From Candidatus Cloacimonadales bacterium (lineage in GTDB: Bacteria > Cloacimonadota > Cloacimonadia > Cloacimonadales > DAONDQ01), in assembly GCA_963662275.1 (NCBI GenBank), contig OY759316.1, forward strand, positions 3,584,001 through 3,648,000: 64,000 nucleotides of DNA. Reading direction: 5' to 3'. The notes under the pieces are model-generated. The model was given only the letters and a program-made list of their open reading frames with translations, made no database searches and was not told the origin of the DNA. Below are positions 30,439 through 39,506 of the stretch, piece by piece. A program made the translations under genes and the position numbers. Numbering within the stretch: position 1 is the first letter of the stretch; each line of letters starts with the position of its first letter.

Positions 30439-30993
30439 AGCTTACAGCGGACAGGTAACAGCTTACAGCGGACAGGTAACAGCTTACAGCGGACAGGTAA
30501 CAGCATACAGCGGACAGGTAACAGCATACAGCGGACAGGTAACAGCATACAGCGGACAGGTAACAGCATACAGCGGACAGGTAACAGCATACAGCGGACA
30601 GGTAACAGCATACAGCGGACAGGTAACTGCATACAGCGGACAGGTAACAGCATACAGCGGACAGGTAACAGCATACAGCGGACAGGTAACAGCATACAGC
30701 GGACAGGTAACAGCATACAGCGGACAGGTAACAGCATACAGCGGACAGGTAACAGCATACAGCGGACAGGTAACAGCATACAGCGGACAGGTAACAGCAT
30801 ACAGCGGACAGGTAACAGCATACAGCGGACAGGTAACAGCATACAGCGGACAGGTAACAGCATACAGCGGACAGGTAACAGCATACAGCGGACAGGTAAC
30901 AGCATACAGCGGACAGGTAACAGCATACAGCGGACAGGTAACAGCTTACAGCGGACAGGTAACAGCATACAGCGGACAGGTAACAGCTTACAG
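30439..30993. repeat. 26 x 21-bp tandem repeat (AGCWTACAGCGGACAGGTAAC; three heptamers per unit)
   Basis: 546 bp / 21 = 26 units plus a partial; starts 8 bp after the carboxypeptidase stop. Confidence 0.95.
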
Positions 30994-31063
30994 GCAGAGC
31001 AGAACTTGGCTTTAAAATATCCCCCCTTGGGAAGGGGGGCAGGGGGGTCAAATTCTGCTCTGC
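30994..31063. repeat. DUF559-type palindrome bracketed by 11-bp inverted repeat GCAGAGCAGAA...TTCTGCTCTGC
   Basis: IR at 30994-31004 and 31053-31063. Confidence 0.8.
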
Positions 31064-31635
31064 TTTTGTGTTTTTCATCTTAAAAGCTTCCCTCTTTTGA
31101 GCACAAGAGAGGGATGAGAGGGTGAGTTCGTGGTTGACTTTCTTCTCTGCAAATCTTAAATCTTAAATCTTAAATTCTGCCCCTCTTCTCTGTACTTCGC
31201 ACTTCGAAGTTCGAACTTCGCACTTCTCTCAGGATCCTCTCACAAATCTCTCACATCCTAAGAGATTTCTCACGCTATTTTCTGTGAATTCCATCCTCTT
31301 CCTCTCCGAATTTTCTTTCTGCTCTTTTTCCGAGCTATTCCCTACTCCCTATTCCCTTTTGCCCTTTTCTTTTCCGCTCTCTTTCCGCCCTGTTCGCTAT
31401 ACGCTATTCCCTTCTGCATATACTATCCGGACGGTTGTGGTTTTTTTTGTAGCTTACATTGGCAATGTGTTGTAACTGATAATGGTATTGTCAGATTTTC
31501 CATCAGGGATTGCCAATCCCCTCATACAACAGAATGCCATTCTATGTTACAATGCTGTGGCTATTTCCTTCAGATAATGTGTTTGCATGGTTTTGTAGCG
31601 CTTACTTCAGGATGTATCTGGTATGAAGAGCAGAC

Positions 31636-31716
31636 AGCAGGAACGGCGTCCTACTCTACAGCCAAACAGCAGGAACGGCGTCCTACTCTATAGCCAAACA
31701 GCAGGAACGGCGTCTT
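31636..31716. repeat. ~2.5 x 32-bp repeat with CAGCAGGAACGGCGTCCTAC REP
   Basis: Related to CAGCAGGATCGGCATCCTAC at ~59405. Confidence 0.8.
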
Positions 31717-31719
31717 GCT

Positions 31720-33618
31720 TTACTTTAATAGCTGTGCCTTTTTCTCTTCCAATTCTGTCCATCTATCAAAACTACGGGATAGTTCTGATTCAATGGATTT
31801 TAGCTCTTCATCAATCTTGATGTAATCCTCAGATTTGAGTGAATTGTCATTCAATCTGTCATTCAGATTATTCTGCTGATTCTCCAAATCAGAAATACGT
31901 GTTTCCAGATCATCCAATTCCTTCTGGTCATTGAATGTCAACTTACGCTGGATACGCTCGGTTGTCTTTCTCACGTTCCTGGACTTATCCTGCTCTTCTT
32001 TTTCTTCTGCCTGGAAACGTCTTACGAGTAAATAGTCTGAGTAATTACCAGGGAATTTACGGATACCATCCTTCTCAAATAAAAATAGATGATCCACGAC
32101 ACGATCTAAAAAGAAACGATCATGAGATACCACCAGTATGCATCCTTTGTAAGCATCCAGGTAATCTTCCAGGATCTCTAAAGTGGGAATATCTAAATCA
32201 TTCGTTGGTTCATCAAGAATTAGGAAATTTGAACCAAACATCAAGGAACGAAGTAAGTATAACCTCTTTTTTTCTCCACCGGAAAGACTGGAAATCTTTG
32301 ATTGCTGCATCTTTCCATCAAAGAGAAAGCGTTCCAGCATTTCATAGGCAGAATGTAACGCACCATCCTTAGTTCGGATATATTCTGCTTGCTCCTTGAT
32401 ATAATCGATCACTGAAATATTCAAGGGCATTTCATCGACTTCCTGCTTATAATAGGATAACAAAGTATTGATGCCAATCTTCACACTGCCTGACAACGGA
32501 TGAATATCTCCACTAAGAATATTGATCAGTGTTGTCTTACCACAGCCATTATCACCAATGATACCAATGCGTTCCAAAGCTTGAAAGATATGATTGAAGT
32601 TAGTAAAAAGCTCTCTCTTCCCATAACTCATACTGATTTGGTGCGCTTCCAAGATGGTTTTCCCTAATCTCTTGGTTTGGAAGGAGATGGATAAATCCTG
32701 CTGCGTAGTCAGATATGATTTGTCGATCAATTCCTTCACCCTGTCTATATGACTCTTGGGCTTCGATGTCCTGGCTTTGGAACCACGCTGCAGCCATTTG
32801 ATCTCTTTACGTAAAATAGCAGCTCTTCGTGTTTCTCTTCTCTGGTTATCAGCAGCTTCCATTTCCTTCTTTTCCAGGTAATGAGAGTAATTCCCCTGGA
32901 AGAAGCTCACTTCTCCTTTATCCATTTCCATAATACGATTTGATACACCATCCAGGAAATAACGGTCATGAGTTACGAAAACGATTGTACCATTGAAGTT
33001 TTCCAGGTAATTCTGGAGCCATTCTATAGCATCAATGTCAAGATGGTTGGTAGGCTCATCCAAGAGCAGGATATCCGGTTTTTCAAGCAGGACTCGGGCA
33101 AGGTCTATCTTTCGTTTCTGTCCACCGGAGAGTGTACCAATGATTTGCTGATCATCGTTCAAACCGAATATAGCCAGCACCGTTTTAGCTTGAGTTTCCA
33201 TGTCCCAGCCATGCAAATTATCAATTTTCTCAGCTAATTTCTGCTGTTCCTTGAATAGGTCATCAGAGAATTCAGCATGAAGAAGATGAGTGACACGATG
33301 ATACTGGCGTAGGATTTGAAAGATTTCAAGGTCTCCCTGGAAAATCTGATCCATGATGGACAATTGCAGATCCAAGACCGGTGATTGGGGAAGGTAAGAA
33401 ACTCGCATGTCATTACGGAATGTGATCTTACCAATATCGGAATGATCTTGCTTGGCAAGAAGACGCAATAATGTCGTTTTACCACAGCCATTCACACCAA
33501 TCAAACCAATACGGTCTCCATGATGAATACCGAAGCTGGCTTCTCGGACAATCAGTTTCTCTGCATATTGCTTATGGATGTTTTCTAATGTAATGACAAT
33601 GTCACCAATATTAATCAA
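31720..33618 (-). CDS. ABC-F family ATPase (Uup/YfmR-like)
   Basis: Two ABC domains (GVNGCGKT, GDNGCGKT, LSGG, DEPTN, HDR), no TM segments, C-terminal coiled coil. Confidence 0.93.
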   Translation of the reverse strand: MINIGDIVITLENIHKQYAEKLIVREASFGIHHGDRIGLIGVNGCGKTTLLRLLAKQDHSDIGKITFRNDMRVSYLPQSPVLDLQLSIMDQIFQGDLEIFQILRQYHRVTHLLHAEFSDDLFKEQQKLAEKIDNLHGWDMETQAKTVLAIFGLNDDQQIIGTLSGGQKRKIDLARVLLEKPDILLLDEPTNHLDIDAIEWLQNYLENFNGTIVFVTHDRYFLDGVSNRIMEMDKGEVSFFQGNYSHYLEKKEMEAADNQRRETRRAAILRKEIKWLQRGSKARTSKPKSHIDRVKELIDKSYLTTQQDLSISFQTKRLGKTILEAHQISMSYGKRELFTNFNHIFQALERIGIIGDNGCGKTTLINILSGDIHPLSGSVKIGINTLLSYYKQEVDEMPLNISVIDYIKEQAEYIRTKDGALHSAYEMLERFLFDGKMQQSKISSLSGGEKKRLYLLRSLMFGSNFLILDEPTNDLDIPTLEILEDYLDAYKGCILVVSHDRFFLDRVVDHLFLFEKDGIRKFPGNYSDYLLVRRFQAEEKEEQDKSRNVRKTTERIQRKLTFNDQKELDDLETRISDLENQQNNLNDRLNDNSLKSEDYIKIDEELKSIESELSRSFDRWTELEEKKAQLLK

Positions 33619-33815
33619 TGTTTCTTTCTCCCTGCTTCTATATGACTTCTTAAAAAATGTAATTGACTCGTCAAGCAGAAAGAAGCAATGTAGAAGCTGA
33701 TAGTCGATTCATCTTCATCAATTAATATTTCTTTACAAAAAATATCCCCATCCAACTCTAAACTACTTACGCAACAGAATGAGTTGCTTTACATGTCCTA
33801 AGATAAGGAGATACA

Positions 33816-36140
33816 ATGTTTTATTTTCGGTTCTTTGATAAGAATGATCAGGGTTCAGATATGCAATTGAATCTCAATATGAATAATAGTTCTTCTCAAA
33901 TCCATCGATTGAGAGAAATCATGGATATTGTAAATGATGCCATTTTCATACATGATCCAAGTACGGGGAAAATCCTCGAAGTCAATAAAAAAGCGTGCGA
34001 TTCTTATCAATATTCCCGAAAAGAATTGAAACTCCTTACGACAAATGATATCAGCTCCGGGGTTCATCCCTACACTCAGAAAGAAGCTATCAAACTGATG
34101 AAAAAAGCAGCTTCCGGAAAACCGCAACTCTTCGAATGGCACGCGAAAAAAAAGAATGGAGATCTATTCTGGATTGAAGTCAATGTTCAACTTTCAAATA
34201 TTGAAAACCAACTCTACCTGATTGCGATAGAAAGAGATATCACAGATAAAAAAATATTCATCAAAGAACTTGAAGAAAGTAAACGCCAAATCACATCACT
34301 CATGTCTAATTTACCTGGTATGGCTTATCGCTGTAAGAATGACAGGGATTGGACGATGAAAATTATCAGTGATGGCTGTTATCAGTTAACAGGATATTTA
34401 CCATCCGACTTAATAGACAATGCAAAGCATTCTTTCAATGATCTGATTATACCCGAAGACAGGCAATTTGTTTGGAATGAAACCCAGGCAGCGAATTTAC
34501 AAAAGATACCTTACCAAATCAGTTATCGTATACATACAAAAGATGGTGAAATCAGATGGGTATGGGAAAAAGGATCGCAAGTTAACTTGGAAAACGGTGA
34601 TTTAGAAGGCTTCATTATGGATATTACTGACTTGAAGACCACCGAACTGGAATTAATGGAGAGTAAAAGTCAATTCGAAGCGGTCGTCAATGTCGCACCT
34701 GTTGGGATTTTGATTTTTAATGATGAACAAGATATTATCTATTCCAACCAGGAACAAATGGAAATATTCGGCTATGAATCTGATGATTATCATAATACAA
34801 GCCAATTACTTAAATTAATGATTCCAGATGAAAAGTATCAAAACTACATTAAGGATGAATTGAATAAGAGATATCGGGATTCCATATCCATGAAAAAAGA
34901 CTTTGCTTCTTTTGAATTCAATGCTACATGCAAGAATGGACAAGTTAGTATGATTGAGGTTAGAATTGCTCATATGGGGAAACTGCATATTGCTGTCTCT
35001 ATGGATATGACAGCCCGAAGGGAAGCTGAAAAAGCTCTGATTGAGAAAACAGAAGAAATGGATAGTTTTTTCAATTTATCTATCGACCTGATGTGCATTA
35101 CCGATCTTGCCGGTCAATTCCATAGGTTAAATCCTGCTTGGCAAAAGACTTTGGGCTATTCCCTGGCAGAATTGAATCATATTGATTTCCTGGATCTGGT
35201 ACATCCTGAAGATTTGCAATTATCCTCAGATGCACTTTCCATCCTGAAAGGAGATAATGAAATCTTCAAGTTCGAAAACAGATATCGCTGCCAAGATGTT
35301 TCCTATCGCTGGTTAGAATGGCATGCTGTACCCTTCGGATCATTACTTTATCTAGCAGCAAGAGATACAACTGATCGAATAAAAACAAACGATGAAATTC
35401 GAGAACTAAACGCAGAATTGGAGAATCGTGTCCTCCAACGTACATCTGATCTTGCAGCATTAAATAAGGAACTGGAAAGTTTTGCCTATTCTGTTTCTCA
35501 TGATCTTCGTGCTCCACTTCGCAGTATCAGCGGTTTCAGTCATGCCCTGGATGAAGATTTTCATGAGGTGCTTAATGATGTGGGAAAAGACTATCTTCGT
35601 AGGATCACGGATTCAGCATCAAGGATGTCTGACCTTATTGATTCGCTGTTAAATTTATCTAGGGTAGCAAGAACAGAGATGAGTTTTACAAGTCTCAATT
35701 TGACCAAATTTGCCAATTCTATTGCAGAAGAACTACGGAAAACAGACCCAACTCGTAATGTTGAATTTATCATCGATCCTGATCTCGAAGCAGTTGGAGA
35801 TGCTGCATTAATTAATAATGTCCTGCAAAATCTCTTGGGAAATGCTTGGAAATTTGCCAGTAAAACTGAGAAAACTCGAATTGAAGTTGGAAAGATGTTC
35901 AATGAAGGAAAAACCGTTTTCTATGTCAGCGATAACGGAGCTGGCTTTGATATGAAATATGCAAACAAGTTATTCCAGCCGTTCCAAAGACTTCACGATT
36001 TGAATGATTTCCCAGGTTCCGGAGTTGGTCTAGCAACCGTCATGCGAATTATTAATCGGCATCGAGGCAGTATTTGGGCAGAAAGTATAGAAAATGTATG
36101 TACTACGTTTTATTTTACGCTGAACGTTGATCTGGATTGA
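33816..36140 (+). CDS. Cytoplasmic multi-PAS sensor histidine kinase
   Basis: Several PAS/PAC domains; SVSHDLRAPLR, NLLGNAWKF, DNGAGF, GSGVGLA. Confidence 0.93.
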   Translation: MFYFRFFDKNDQGSDMQLNLNMNNSSSQIHRLREIMDIVNDAIFIHDPSTGKILEVNKKACDSYQYSRKELKLLTTNDISSGVHPYTQKEAIKLMKKAASGKPQLFEWHAKKKNGDLFWIEVNVQLSNIENQLYLIAIERDITDKKIFIKELEESKRQITSLMSNLPGMAYRCKNDRDWTMKIISDGCYQLTGYLPSDLIDNAKHSFNDLIIPEDRQFVWNETQAANLQKIPYQISYRIHTKDGEIRWVWEKGSQVNLENGDLEGFIMDITDLKTTELELMESKSQFEAVVNVAPVGILIFNDEQDIIYSNQEQMEIFGYESDDYHNTSQLLKLMIPDEKYQNYIKDELNKRYRDSISMKKDFASFEFNATCKNGQVSMIEVRIAHMGKLHIAVSMDMTARREAEKALIEKTEEMDSFFNLSIDLMCITDLAGQFHRLNPAWQKTLGYSLAELNHIDFLDLVHPEDLQLSSDALSILKGDNEIFKFENRYRCQDVSYRWLEWHAVPFGSLLYLAARDTTDRIKTNDEIRELNAELENRVLQRTSDLAALNKELESFAYSVSHDLRAPLRSISGFSHALDEDFHEVLNDVGKDYLRRITDSASRMSDLIDSLLNLSRVARTEMSFTSLNLTKFANSIAEELRKTDPTRNVEFIIDPDLEAVGDAALINNVLQNLLGNAWKFASKTEKTRIEVGKMFNEGKTVFYVSDNGAGFDMKYANKLFQPFQRLHDLNDFPGSGVGLATVMRIINRHRGSIWAESIENVCTTFYFTLNVDLD

Positions 36141-36212
36141 TCTGCTGATATTGAAGAGACGCCCAATTGGGGCGTCTCCTCTTTCTCTTTTGACTGATAC
36201 CTGTTACCTTCT

Positions 36213-37565
36213 TTAGGCATATTTCTTTAATTTATCTTCAAATAATCTCTGTATTTCCAGCATCCTGGCTTCTGTCGTGGCTTCAAAACGCATGACCAGC
36301 ACCGGCTGTGTATTGGAAGCTCTAACCAATCCCCAGCCATCAGGGAAAGTGACACGGACACCATCGATATCATTCACATTATAGCCATCATCTTTGAAGG
36401 ATTGGGTCACTCTCTCCACATGTGCGAATTTGGTTTCTTCTATTGTATCAAATCGTATTTCAGGAGTGTTGAACATTATCGGTTCGTCAGAGAGCATATC
36501 TCCAACTGTCTGTTTCGATTTGGAAATGATTTCTACAATTCTCGTGCAGGCATAAATCGCATCATCGTAACCTAGATAGCGGTCACCAATGAACATATGT
36601 CCTGACATTTCTCCACCCATCTTGATACCGTTATCAGCCATATAGCCTTTAATATTGGCATGACCCGTTTTGTACATGATCGGCACACCACCATGCTTTG
36701 CAATATCATCAAAGAGGTTCTTGGAGCATTTCACATCCCCAACAACACGTTGCCCCTGATTGTCTTTCAGATAATCACGCGCAAAGAGATTGAGTATCTG
36801 GTCACCGTAAATCATACCGCCTTTCTCGTCGATGAGACCAATTCGATCTGCATCGCCGTCAAGACCGAGACCAACTTCCCATTCCCCTGTTTCCATCACT
36901 TTCACCAGGTCGATAAGATTTTTCAGGACAGTTGGATCAGGATGATGATTCGGGAAGGTACCGTCCATTTCACAGTACATTTCCTTCACTTCACAACCCA
37001 GTCTTCTCAGGATTTCAGGAAGATAAACACCGCCACAGCCGTTACCGGCATCAACCACACATTTCACAGGTCTTTCCAGCTTGATACTCTTCACTATGTA
37101 ATCGATATACATTTCATTAATATCATCACGATGACTAAGAATGCCAGTGCCCACTTCAAAATCACTTGTTTGGATAATTTTAAGGATTTCCTGTATCTCT
37201 TCTCCGTAAACGCTAACCAGTCCCTGGTTGAGCTTGATTCCGTTATATTCGGGTGGATTGTGACTGGCAGTGATCATTGCACCTGCGTCAGTCTTCAGCT
37301 TCCATATGGAATAATAAAGAGTAGGGGTTGACATGATACCCACATCGATAACATCACAACCCGTTTCCAACAAGCCTTTACAGAAATGTTCCTTGTAGCG
37401 GGGAGTGCTGATACGTGCATCACCACCGAGGGCAACTGTCTTCATATTGTGTCTGCGTAGGAAAGTGCCAAAGCCTTTGGCAATCAGATAGACGGATTCG
37501 TTTGTAAGATCGATGTCCACCAGTCCGCGTATGTCATATTGACGAAAAATCTCAGGATTAACCAT
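36213..37565 (-). CDS. Phosphomannomutase/phosphoglucomutase (AlgC-like)
   Basis: FRQYDIRG, TASHNP, DGDADR, GEMSGH, VRASNTQP. Confidence 0.95.
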   Translation of the reverse strand: MVNPEIFRQYDIRGLVDIDLTNESVYLIAKGFGTFLRRHNMKTVALGGDARISTPRYKEHFCKGLLETGCDVIDVGIMSTPTLYYSIWKLKTDAGAMITASHNPPEYNGIKLNQGLVSVYGEEIQEILKIIQTSDFEVGTGILSHRDDINEMYIDYIVKSIKLERPVKCVVDAGNGCGGVYLPEILRRLGCEVKEMYCEMDGTFPNHHPDPTVLKNLIDLVKVMETGEWEVGLGLDGDADRIGLIDEKGGMIYGDQILNLFARDYLKDNQGQRVVGDVKCSKNLFDDIAKHGGVPIMYKTGHANIKGYMADNGIKMGGEMSGHMFIGDRYLGYDDAIYACTRIVEIISKSKQTVGDMLSDEPIMFNTPEIRFDTIEETKFAHVERVTQSFKDDGYNVNDIDGVRVTFPDGWGLVRASNTQPVLVMRFEATTEARMLEIQRLFEDKLKKYA

Positions 37566-37581
37566 GATATATTCTCCTTAT

Positions 37582-37741
37582 GTAGAGACGACCAACTTGG
37601 GCGTCTCCTAATATTATTTTCGTTGTAGAAACGACCTATAAGAGCGCTTCATTTTTCATTCAATTCGGGTAGAGACGACCTACTAGGACGTCTCATTTCA
37701 TATTCAATCAGATTGAGACGCCCAAGCTTGGACGTCTCTAC
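37582..37741. repeat. Cluster of four GTAGAGACG-type REPs, two inside the rdgB 3' end
   Basis: Copies at 37582, 37625, 37669 (+) and 37715-37741 (-). Confidence 0.8.
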
Positions 37742-38320
37742 TAATATTGGTATTAACTTTCTCAATGCCAAGCCACGATGACTAAGCCTGTTCTTCTCTT
37801 CCTCATTCATTTCAGCATAGGTTAGACCGGTACTGTCAACAAGAAATATAGGATCATAACCAAATCCTTCACTGCCTTTATCTTCCGATGTGATCGTTCC
37901 TTCCACAATGGCATCCATCGTAGCGATCAAACCTTCAGGACTTGCCAACGCTACAACGGTTCTGAAATAGGCTTTCCGATTCGTCATACCTGCCATGTTT
38001 TTTAGAACCTTCCGCCGATTATCTTCAAAAGTACAAGGTTCACCCGCATAACGGGCAGCATATACACCCGGTTCGCCGTTCAAGGCTTCAATGAAAAGAC
38101 CTGTATCATCAGCAATGGCAAGACAATTCGCATGAATTGCATTTTCCATCGCTTTCTTGATTGCATTGCCTTCCAGGGTATCTTTATCTTCTTCGACATC
38201 GGGAATATCCGGATAATCAAGAGTCGATACCAGTTCTATATCCACAGCTCTCAATATATCAGTGATTTCCCTGATCTTGTGTTTATTCTTACTTCCAATG
38301 AGAAGGCGCATTCTACTCAC
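37649..38320 (-). CDS. rdgB: Non-canonical purine NTP pyrophosphatase RdgB/HAM1
   Basis: SKNKHKIRE, ADDTGL, GFGYDPIF, SHRG. Confidence 0.93.
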   Translation of the reverse strand: MSRMRLLIGSKNKHKIREITDILRAVDIELVSTLDYPDIPDVEEDKDTLEGNAIKKAMENAIHANCLAIADDTGLFIEALNGEPGVYAARYAGEPCTFEDNRRKVLKNMAGMTNRKAYFRTVVALASPEGLIATMDAIVEGTITSEDKGSEGFGYDPIFLVDSTGLTYAEMNEEEKNRLSHRGLALRKLIPILVETSKLGRLNLIEYEMRRPSRSSLPELNEK

Positions 38321-38873
38321 TTTTCTTATTGATCCAGTTGTTTATCTTCTTCCAGACATTCTTGTCCAGGAACTGATCAGCAGAGGATGTAATACGTGTC
38401 AGTAAATCCAACAAGTCTTCTTCACCGCTCCAGTTATCGAGTAGTATCTGCTTATCCACTTCTTTCAATATCTGGTTCAATCCAATCACAATGAGTACGA
38501 GATCATCAAGGTATCCAATAAAAGGAATAAAATCAGGTATGAAATCTAATGGCATAAGCACGTATGCTAAGATTGCACCGACAAATACTTTCTTTTTAGT
38601 TGGAACCCTGGAATCCATAGCCAGACGACAGACCAATACAAAGAAATCCGGTAATACGCATAAATATTCAGAGAGCGTTCCGCCTAGCTTTCCACCTTTA
38701 TCGGTTGAAACCTTTTTAAACTTGCGACGTAAATCTTCATAAAATTGCATCTTTCTTTCATCATCGGTAAAGACGACTTTGGCATCGATTTCCTCTGCCT
38801 TATCGGCAGGTATTTCCTGGGTTGGTTGTTCTTCGGATTCTTTCATTTCTTCTGGTTTGTCTTTGTCTATCAT
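38313..38873 (-). CDS. YkvA/DUF1232 family protein
   Basis: YVLMPLDFIPDFIPFIGYLDD; AGGAGG RBS before ATG 38873. Confidence 0.88.
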   Translation of the reverse strand: MIDKDKPEEMKESEEQPTQEIPADKAEEIDAKVVFTDDERKMQFYEDLRRKFKKVSTDKGGKLGGTLSEYLCVLPDFFVLVCRLAMDSRVPTKKKVFVGAILAYVLMPLDFIPDFIPFIGYLDDLVLIVIGLNQILKEVDKQILLDNWSGEEDLLDLLTRITSSADQFLDKNVWKKINNWINKKSE

Positions 38874-38906
38874 GATTCCTCCTAAGCTGTCTGTTTTCCC
38901 TCTCTT

Positions 38907-39455
38907 GTCTGATCTCCCTCCCTTTGGATAAAGGGAGGGGTTAGGGGAGAGTTTGATTCTCTGCTTCACTTATTCTAAGATCTGTTGTCTCTTATAGCTT
39001 TTCAAACTCTCCGACACTAAAGTGCCACCTCTCTTTATCCAAAGAGAGGAATGGACTTGCCATTCGCATCCTGTCTGATCTCCCTCCCTTTGGATAAAGG
39101 GAGGGGTTAGGGGAGAGTTTGATTCTCTGCTTCACTTATTCTAAGATCTGTTGTCTCTTATAGCTTTTCAAACTCTCCGACCTGAAGGTCACCTCCCTTT
39201 ATCCAAAGGGAGGAATGGACCTGTCATTCGCACTCTGTCTGATCTCCCTCCCTTTGGATAAAGGGAGGGATTAAGGGAGAGTTTGATTCTCTGCTTCACT
39301 TATTCTAAGATCTGTTGTCTCTTATAGCTTTTCAAACTCTCCGACCTGAAGGTCACCTCCCTTTATCCAAAGGGAGGAATGGACCTGTCATTCGCACTCT
39401 GTCTGATCTCCCTCCCTTTGGATAAAGGGAGGGATTAAGGGAGAGTTTGATTCTC
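38907..39455. repeat. ~3.3 x 164-166-bp tandem repeat, each with an inverted pair of CCCTTTGGATAAAGGG palindromes (BIME/REPIN-like)
   Basis: Units start 38907, 39073, 39237, 39401. Confidence 0.9.
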
Positions 39456-39506
39456 TTCTCTGTACCTATTACCTAATACCTAGCACCTAGCACCTGTCCC
39501 CTTCTG

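Noticed and set aside
30270..31078. ORFs of (MLLPVRC)n and (CYLSAVC)n
   Set aside because: Artefacts of a 21-bp repeat lacking stops in these frames; they overlap the carboxypeptidase antisense and have no RBS
36660..37331. 223-aa plus-strand ORF and similar long antisense ORFs within valS (e.g. 41586..42152)
   Set aside because: Antisense shadows of conserved housekeeping genes with no recognisable motifs
38874..38969. N-terminal extension of the YkvA ORF
   Set aside because: Translates the palindromic repeat; a strong RBS supports ATG 38873
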